Positions 60,926 to 64,000 of a stretch of 64,000 nt of DNA are shown here, piece after piece (positions within the stretch are counted from its first letter, which is position 1; the number at the start of each line of letters is the position of its first letter). The notes under the pieces were generated by a model. That model was not told the origin of the DNA. It did not search any database and saw only the letters and a program-made list of their open reading frames with translations. The stretch spans positions 1,372 to 65,371 of the forward strand of contig JAFIEM010000006.1 of the NCBI GenBank assembly GCA_020832555.1, read 5' to 3'. Both the position numbers and the translations under genes were made by a program. Source of the stretch: Natronohydrobacter sp. Its GTDB lineage: Bacteria > Pseudomonadota > Alphaproteobacteria > Rhodobacterales > Rhodobacteraceae.

Positions 60926-62031
60926 AAGGCTTTTTGCAGGCTGCGCGTCCAGAAACCGGGATCACCTAGCACCTGCACGAACCGATCGGCGGCACGCCCT
61001 TCGCCAAAGCCGTTATGGCGCGGATGCCGCCTGCCCCATTGATCGCGCAGAAACGCGGCAATCGTCGCACTGTCCGTGGCAGCACAGCTTGACACAGTGC
61101 TGGTCTGCGCGCGGTTGGTCTGCCTTGTGCCGATATCGAGCGACGGGATACCGAGAAACGGCGCTTCGCGCACGCCCGCGCTGGAATTGCCAACCAGACA
61201 GGCGGCATTTTTCATCAGTTCCGAGAAATGCGCAAACCGCATCGTGGGCAGGACACGGAATTGCGAAGCAGGCAAGGCGTCAATCACCCGGAAAATCGCC
61301 TCTGACCCCGGATCGTTATTCGGTGCGATGACAACAAACTGCCGTCCCGAAGCGGTCAGCGCATCAAACAGCATCTGCGCCTGCGCGCCCATGCTGGCCT
61401 GTTCACTGGTGACAGGGTGGAATGTCACGATGCCATAGTCCTGAAACCCGATCCCGTAATGCGCACGCACATCGTCCAGACTGACCCCCGAAGGCCCCGC
61501 ATGAAAATCGAGTTCAGGCGAGCCGATGACATGGATCGCGCCTTCCGGTTCTCCCAGCGCCATCACCCGGCGCTTGGCCGCGTCCGAGGACACGAAGTGA
61601 TGCGCGCAGAGCTTGGTATTGCAGTGGCGGAACACCTCGTCGATGGTCCCCGAGACCTCACCGCCTTCGATATGCGCGGACGGGATGTAATTCGTGGCCG
61701 CGACCAGCGCGCCTGCCAGCGCCTCGATCCGGTCGCCATGCAGCACGATCAGATCGGGGCGGTGTTCGGTCACATAGTCGGAAAACCCCATCACCGTTTT
61801 TGCAAGGATCACATCCTGGCTGTCGCCGGGGCGCTGGTTGAGGAATTCATGCACAGCGACACCGGGCATCCGCCGCACTTCGTTCACGGTCAGGCCATAG
61901 CGGTCCATCATATGCATCCCGGTCACGAAGAATGTGACGCGATGACCCGCGTCGCGCGCAGCGGCGGCCAGCGGTTCAAGCTTGCCGAAATCGGCGCGGG
62001 TGCCGGTGAGGAAGAGGATCTGGCGGGTCAT
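60895..62031 (-). CDS. neuC: Hydrolysing UDP/GDP-N-acetylglucosamine 2-epimerase (NeuC/LegG family)
   Basis: TGTRADFGK, GDRIE, HIEGGEVSGTIDE, FHPVT, PNND, GNSS, GTRQ. Confidence 0.88.
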   Translation of the reverse strand: MTRQILFLTGTRADFGKLEPLAAAARDAGHRVTFFVTGMHMMDRYGLTVNEVRRMPGVAVHEFLNQRPGDSQDVILAKTVMGFSDYVTEHRPDLIVLHGDRIEALAGALVAATNYIPSAHIEGGEVSGTIDEVFRHCNTKLCAHHFVSSDAAKRRVMALGEPEGAIHVIGSPELDFHAGPSGVSLDDVRAHYGIGFQDYGIVTFHPVTSEQASMGAQAQMLFDALTASGRQFVVIAPNNDPGSEAIFRVIDALPASQFRVLPTMRFAHFSELMKNAACLVGNSSAGVREAPFLGIPSLDIGTRQTNRAQTSTVSSCAATDSATIAAFLRDQWGRRHPRHNGFGEGRAADRFVQVLGDPGFWTRSLQKAFHDISSETAP

Positions 62032-62181
62032 TCGAACTTTTCCAACATCGGGCAAGAAACTGCAAGACAGACAGATCGAGGGGATAAAACCAATCTGGCC
62101 TAATCTTCAGAAGTCTTTAGGCTTTCGACATAGCGCAACTCAGGCTAAAGCGATACGCGCACTCGAAGACAAGAGGATGGC

Positions 62182-63198
62182 ATGCCCGGTAAGAACTTTG
62201 TGTTGATGAACCACACCAATATGCTGGGGCATCATTTCGGCTGCGCGCGCGTCATGCGACTGATCGAAGACGGGCTTACACAACGCGGGGGCGTCATTCT
62301 TGGCCGGTTGGACGGCAAAATGGACTGGCGCAACAACCCTTCAGCGCTGGATCTATTGTCACGCTGCGATGCGATTGTCATCAATGGCGAAGGCACCTTG
62401 CATCACGGGCGAAAGAAAGCCTCTTGGCTGATGGATGTCGCGCGGCATCCAGTCACCAAGACAAAGGAACTGGCACTGATAAACACCATCTATCAGGCCA
62501 ATCCTGACCATTGGGCCCCGATGCTGAAGCAGTTTACGCATCTCTATGCACGCGATGGCCGCAGCGCCGCAGAGATGGCACGTCACGCTGAACGTGAAGT
62601 CCTGTATATGGGTGATCTGTCCATGTCCGCTGGCGCCCTTCCCGACACAGACGCGCAACAGGGCATCTTGTTCGGAGATTCTGTCAGCCGATCTTCAAGT
62701 GAAAAGCTTGCCCGCCTCGCCAGTCAGGTATCGCTGCATGAACCCTCCGCGATCATCCCGTTGACCACTTCGCTCTTCGAAGACAATCCCTACAAGCCCT
62801 ATCTCTGGCGGATATTTCGTAAAAGCAAGCTCGTATGGCGTCAGAAAAACCTTTTGCAGCGTCATGCACTGATGCAGTTTTTGCCCTCAGAGGACGCCTA
62901 TATCGCGAAACTGCGCGCAACGCGACTGTCGGTGACTGGTCGCTTTCACGGTATCTGCCTGAGCATCATCGCAGGAATTCCTTTCGTTGCAGTCAGTTCG
63001 AACTCTTGGAAAATCGAAGCTTTGTTCGAGGATGTCGGCCTGGACACGCGTCGGCTTGTCCCGGTTGACCAATTGAAACCAGGCCTAATCCTGGATGAGG
63101 ACTGGTCTTTCAGCACCGAAGAGATACAGAATATCGAGAAGTTTCTGAACAGGACCGTCGTTCGGGCAAGCGCTATGTTTGACCGGCTGTCGGCCTGA
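62182..63198 (+). CDS. Polysaccharide pyruvyl transferase family protein
   Basis: HFGC, INGEGTLHH, YARD, VTGRFHG, NSWKI. Confidence 0.7.
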   Translation: MPGKNFVLMNHTNMLGHHFGCARVMRLIEDGLTQRGGVILGRLDGKMDWRNNPSALDLLSRCDAIVINGEGTLHHGRKKASWLMDVARHPVTKTKELALINTIYQANPDHWAPMLKQFTHLYARDGRSAAEMARHAEREVLYMGDLSMSAGALPDTDAQQGILFGDSVSRSSSEKLARLASQVSLHEPSAIIPLTTSLFEDNPYKPYLWRIFRKSKLVWRQKNLLQRHALMQFLPSEDAYIAKLRATRLSVTGRFHGICLSIIAGIPFVAVSSNSWKIEALFEDVGLDTRRLVPVDQLKPGLILDEDWSFSTEEIQNIEKFLNRTVVRASAMFDRLSA

Positions 63199-63238
63199 AT
63201 TTTGAACGCTCTGCTGGCTCGACTCTCTGCGTCGCTAC

Positions 63239-64000
63239 TCAACTTCTCGGGCCATTCCTTCTGCTGATCTTTCCCACAAGGAACACACCAACGAATTGTA
63301 GCGCTAACCTGAACCTTACACCCCCAGCATCGGTTACGCTCAGAAAATTCCACGCTTTGCGCCAATCACCGGATTTTGCGAGCATGGACACCCACCGGCG
63401 CAGAAGGTGGAATCGCAGATCGGCATCACCTTCCAGAAAAGCCGCGTGACGACACAGGATCTTTTCAAACCATAGCGCGCGCTGCGCAGGGCGATGCGTA
63501 TGTGTTGTATGACCGCCAGTTTTGCCGGAAGGGATATGCTGGCGTATAAGCACGCCGACCTGTTCAAATTTCCAGCCCGCCGCGCCATGCGACAGCAGAC
63601 GAAGGCTGAATTCTGTATCCTCATTCACAAGAATTTCGGTATCAATTCCGCCAGCTTGCAAAAACAGCGACTTCCTGACCCAGAACCCACAACCAAGTCC
63701 GGCCAATCGCCGACGCGGTTTAAGCTTCGCGACAGGTATCCCGCTCGGATCAGAAAAATCCGCCACCAATGGCGCAGCTGTGCCCAAGAACTTCAAGACA
63801 TTGCAGAAGCCAAAACCAAGCGATGTGTCCATGCGGGCTTTGCCGACAACTTCCGCCGGGTAGCCCTTTACCAGAAGATCATCATCATCAAGAAACAAGA
63901 CGAGATCTGACCGCGCTTGAGCAACACCGTAATTTCGGGCAGCGCCGGGTCCATGCGGGCCGGGATTGCGTAAGATACGCAAGCGAGTGTCAGTGATTCC
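63239..64000 (-). CDS. Glycosyltransferase family 2 (5' end outside window)
   Basis: GPGAARNYG, LFLDDDD (DxD), NEDTEFSLR; frame is open to the window edge. Confidence 0.85.
   Translation of the reverse strand, partial: GITDTRLRILRNPGPHGPGAARNYGVAQARSDLVLFLDDDDLLVKGYPAEVVGKARMDTSLGFGFCNVLKFLGTAAPLVADFSDPSGIPVAKLKPRRRLAGLGCGFWVRKSLFLQAGGIDTEILVNEDTEFSLRLLSHGAAGWKFEQVGVLIRQHIPSGKTGGHTTHTHRPAQRALWFEKILCRHAAFLEGDADLRFHLLRRWVSMLAKSGDWRKAWNFLSVTDAGGVRFRLALQFVGVFLVGKISRRNGPRS

Overview
High-GC alphaproteobacterial chromosome segment with a Rhodobacteraceae-type gene set and about 53 CDS, mostly core or ordinary accessory metabolism. In order: the end of a urea ABC operon (urtBCDE, with a GNAT gene inserted); a transglutaminase / circularly permuted ATP-grasp+alpha-E / transglutaminase-DUF2126 amidoligase locus; an IclR-linked alpha/beta-galactoside uptake and De Ley-Doudoroff galactose cluster; pheT without pheS; trcR (DUF1013); RNase T2; a hybrid kinase; carB; an atypical MauG/bCcP-family diheme protein divergent from a GT26-SGNH-GH-A-GT2 glycan module; a fused selD with selU; ybbAP/tesA; metK; fmt/def; patB; yqjG; an mltB-type transglycosylase; lon; tRNA-Val(CAC); and the start of a nonulosonic-acid/surface-glycan cluster. 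No CRISPR array, transposase or integrase was seen. Best novelty candidates: (1) the diheme protein with His at both the MauG Trp93 and Tyr294 positions next to an uncharacterised glycan-modifying operon; (2) the nitrogen-linked peptide-ligase/transglutaminase locus; (3) a structured sRNA candidate at about 54882-54975; (4) an SDR lacking the catalytic Lys in a galactose cluster that has no dehydratase; (5) an exact 27-nt repeat at two gene junctions of that cluster. All family calls come from motif recognition by eye, not from database searches.
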